64,000 nt of DNA, taken from the NCBI GenBank assembly GCA_036785375.1, contig JAWMAR010000430.1:496001-560000 (forward strand), written 5' to 3'. A program made the translations under genes and the position numbers. Position 1 is the first letter of the stretch; each line of letters starts with the position of its first letter. The notes below the pieces were generated by a model that was not told the origin of the DNA, did no database searches, and saw only the letters and a program-made list of their open reading frames with translations. Positions 63,020 to 64,000 of the stretch are shown here, one piece after another. Source of the stretch: Leucoraja ocellata. Its lineage: Eukaryota.

Positions 63020-63565
63020 CGGGTGTTATCGAGTGCGTTATTTTGTGTTTTCTACTCGCTGGGGAATGATGCCGATATCTTCGTTGTAATGAACTTGCGG
63101 TGATCCGTGAAGCAGGGGGATGCTTCGTTGGTGTGGGAGAGATGAGCTGTTCACCTTTAGCGTGTGAAGGGCTGGAGAGGGAGAGCTGGGCAGCTGGAAT
63201 CTGCTGCTCTGCTCCTCCTCCACTCCGTGCTATTGCGCATGATACTGCGGCGCTCCAGCCGCTCCACCTCAACCCACCTTGAACAGGCAAAGCCCGCCGC
63301 CCCGCTGACCGACGTCTCCCCGCACCAATCGGCGCTGGGGGCCTTCCCTCCTCGACCAATGGGCGGTGGGAGAGAGGCAGGAGGAGGCGGGAGCCAGCAA
63401 GTTAGGTTGTCGGCGAGAAGGGGGGGGGGGGGGGGAGGGGGGGTGATGGAGGAGGGGGGAGGGGGGGGGGGGGGGGGGAGCTCTCTCCGCGCTGAGAAAG
63501 AGCAGGAGTTAGAGGCTGGGAAGAGTGTGAAGTGCCATTCCAGAAGGGATGTAACCGAATGAGAG
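63020..63565. promoter_or_regulatory. CpG/GC-rich promoter-like region
   Basis: CCAAT at 63325 and 63356, GC boxes ccgccc (63297) and gggcgg (63361), gacgtc, long G tracts; does not resemble any repeat in the window. Confidence 0.6.
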
Positions 63566-63694
63566 NNNNNNNNNNNNNNNNNNNNNNNNNNNNNNNNNNN
63601 NNNNNNNNNNNNNNNNNNNNNNNNNNNNNNNNNNNNNNNNNNNNNNNNNNNNNNNNNNNNNNNNNNNNNNNNNNNNNNNNNNNNNNNNNNNNNN
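63566..63694. other. Assembly gap (N)
   Basis: Run of N next to GC-rich sequence. Confidence 1.
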
Positions 63695-64000
63695 TGAAGA
63701 GGAAATGCTCGGCAGGATTGCATTGCACTGATGGTCAGAGCAGGGGCTTTTCCAGGGAACATCTAAAAGTGAAGAGCTGCAAGATATGATCCAGCCACAT
63801 CTCACAGTGGGGTGACAGTACTATGATTTGGTATGTGGCCACTTTGCTAGCGGGTGTAATCAGCACAAGAGGTTCGGCAGCTCAAGGTGAGTTGAAGTTC
63901 AATACCATTCAGCCCAAGTTTATTTGATGATGCGATTATGCTGACAGCGGTGGCGTTAACTGATTCGGGGAAATGAGCCGTTTGCTGTAGTTTTTTTTGT

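Overview
Eukaryotic, repeat-rich non-coding DNA with three N gaps, almost certainly from a cartilaginous fish (skate or ray-like). This is inferred from HE1/V-SINE-type SINEs, elasmobranch-type CR1 LINE tails and a Deu-domain SINE. No host protein-coding exon could be recognised; a CpG-rich promoter-like segment with tandem CCAAT boxes lies at about 63.0-63.56 kb. The main features are: (1) a structurally complete 4.73-kb DIRS1-type tyrosine-recombinase retrotransposon at 17072-21801, with gag, a disrupted RT-RNaseH-adenine-methyltransferase pol, an intact recombinase, short inverted termini and a perfect internal complementary region; (2) about 20 dispersed Penelope-like-element terminal fragments carrying a minimal hammerhead-ribozyme motif, many folded back as inverted repeats; (3) a non-autonomous Helitron at 3003-4072 with all hallmark ends; (4) three Harbinger-type MITEs sharing one TIR; (5) an unexplained fold-back of about 390 bp at 44.7-45.1 kb; (6) many CR1, Rex1/Babar and RTE LINE fragments plus SINEs. 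All calls come from reading the sequence by eye with no database search, and the boundaries of decayed repeats are approximate.
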